This document shows positions 63,178 to 64,000 of a stretch of DNA of 64,000 bases, in pieces. Under the pieces are notes generated by a model. It was given only the letters and a program-made list of their open reading frames with translations. It had not been told where the DNA came from and did not search any database. A program made the position numbers and the translations under genes. The stretch lies in assembly GCF_032062105.1 (NCBI RefSeq), contig NW_026925488.1, positions 1 to 64,000 of the forward strand, read 5' to 3'. This DNA comes from Saccostrea cucullata (lineage: Eukaryota). Position 1 is the first letter of the stretch, and every line of letters starts with the position of its first letter.

Positions 63178-63840
63178 TCAGTTTGTGCTTTGATTATTTG
63201 CACGAATATCATGTTTATGAGGTTTCCAGTAATTTTTCAGTTCCTTCGCCACTCTCTTCGAAGACACAACTTCATGTAACTTTAAACGCACTGGACTCTC
63301 TGTCTGCATACTCATAGATTTCATACTGGGTACCGGAGACTGTTCAGGGGATTGAGGGGGGAATTCAGGGGCAGGTTGAGAAGTAATGTTATTGCTAGGA
63401 AAACATCTACGACATCCCAGAGTGCAACAGTGAAGACAACAAATATAGCAACATCCGGTCTCTACTTCCTCTTCATCGTCCCTTACACGTGTTTTCTGCC
63501 TAAGTAAAGAAAAAATAATTAAAAAAAATCGTTAGTAATATTTCATTGCTTTTTTTTTAGAAATTTTATTTCAAATGACTTTTCAAATTATTTTGCTCAA
63601 TAAGTTTATTTATATAATTAATTAAAAAGGGAATAATTAAACTAGATTTAAAGGATCTTTTAATGTAGAGACTTTGGGATTCAAACAATGCAAAGATTAT
63701 AATTTCATTTCTTAGTATTGGTCAAAAAGTCTATTCTTACCTACATAGTATATGGCAATATTTGAGAATAACCATGGCAACAATACAAACAAAAACTACA
63801 ATTAGGAACGTGGAGAGACCGATGGACATGTAAAGCCACT
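63178..63840 (-). CDS. Last two exons of a paralogous single-pass membrane protein with Cys-rich tail; 5' part lies beyond the window
   Basis: Exon 63840-63741 (WLYMSIGLSTFLIVVFVCIVAMVILKYCHILCR; phases 1/2) and exon 63499-63178 (QKTRVRDDEEEVETGCCYICCLHCCTLGCRRCF...YWKPHKHDIRANNQSTN*), GT/AG. Absent from the ORF track. Confidence 0.8.
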
Positions 63841-64000
63841 CTGACGAAAAAATATTATACTGTAATATGGCATTATATAAAATTATTTAGATATATTTTT
63901 GCATTTTTTCTGTTCTTAAGTAAAAAATTAAATATTTTTTGTGTAATTTTTTAATATCCAAGTTAATATCCTTCTACATTTCACATAAAGTACTTATCCA

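Overview
This is AT-rich eukaryotic (intron-containing) animal DNA. The repeat families and gene content suggest a bivalve mollusc, probably an oyster (inference). There are no prokaryotic systems, rRNA or CRISPR. Genes reconstructed from GT/AG splice sites and exon phases: (1) a 3-exon family-B/Methuselah-like 7TM receptor on the minus strand (13437-11002), plus the first exon of a probable paralogue at 288-184; (2) a 2-exon AA15-type lytic polysaccharide monooxygenase (LPMO) with a Pro-rich linker, a Cys-rich module and a hydrophobic C-terminal tail (20221-18617); (3) five tandem perlucin-like C-type lectin genes on the plus strand (33171-57309), all with non-canonical sugar/Ca motifs, one of which has lost both cysteines of the inner disulfide; (4) a minus-strand pair of single-pass membrane proteins with Cys-cluster tails ending in a WKP motif, one carrying a single sushi domain. 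The terminal exon of the sushi gene is interrupted by a 96-bp copy of its own splice acceptor. Intergenic DNA is packed with repeats: a decayed Tc1 transposase, about six Penelope-like RT fragments (one split by a tRNA-SINE with a 13-bp TSD), Kolobok-, IS3EU-, mariner/pogo- and Harbinger-like MITEs (some nested), Helentron-associated repeats, a 22-bp minisatellite and a 170-bp x ~17 satellite that starts in a lectin 3' region.
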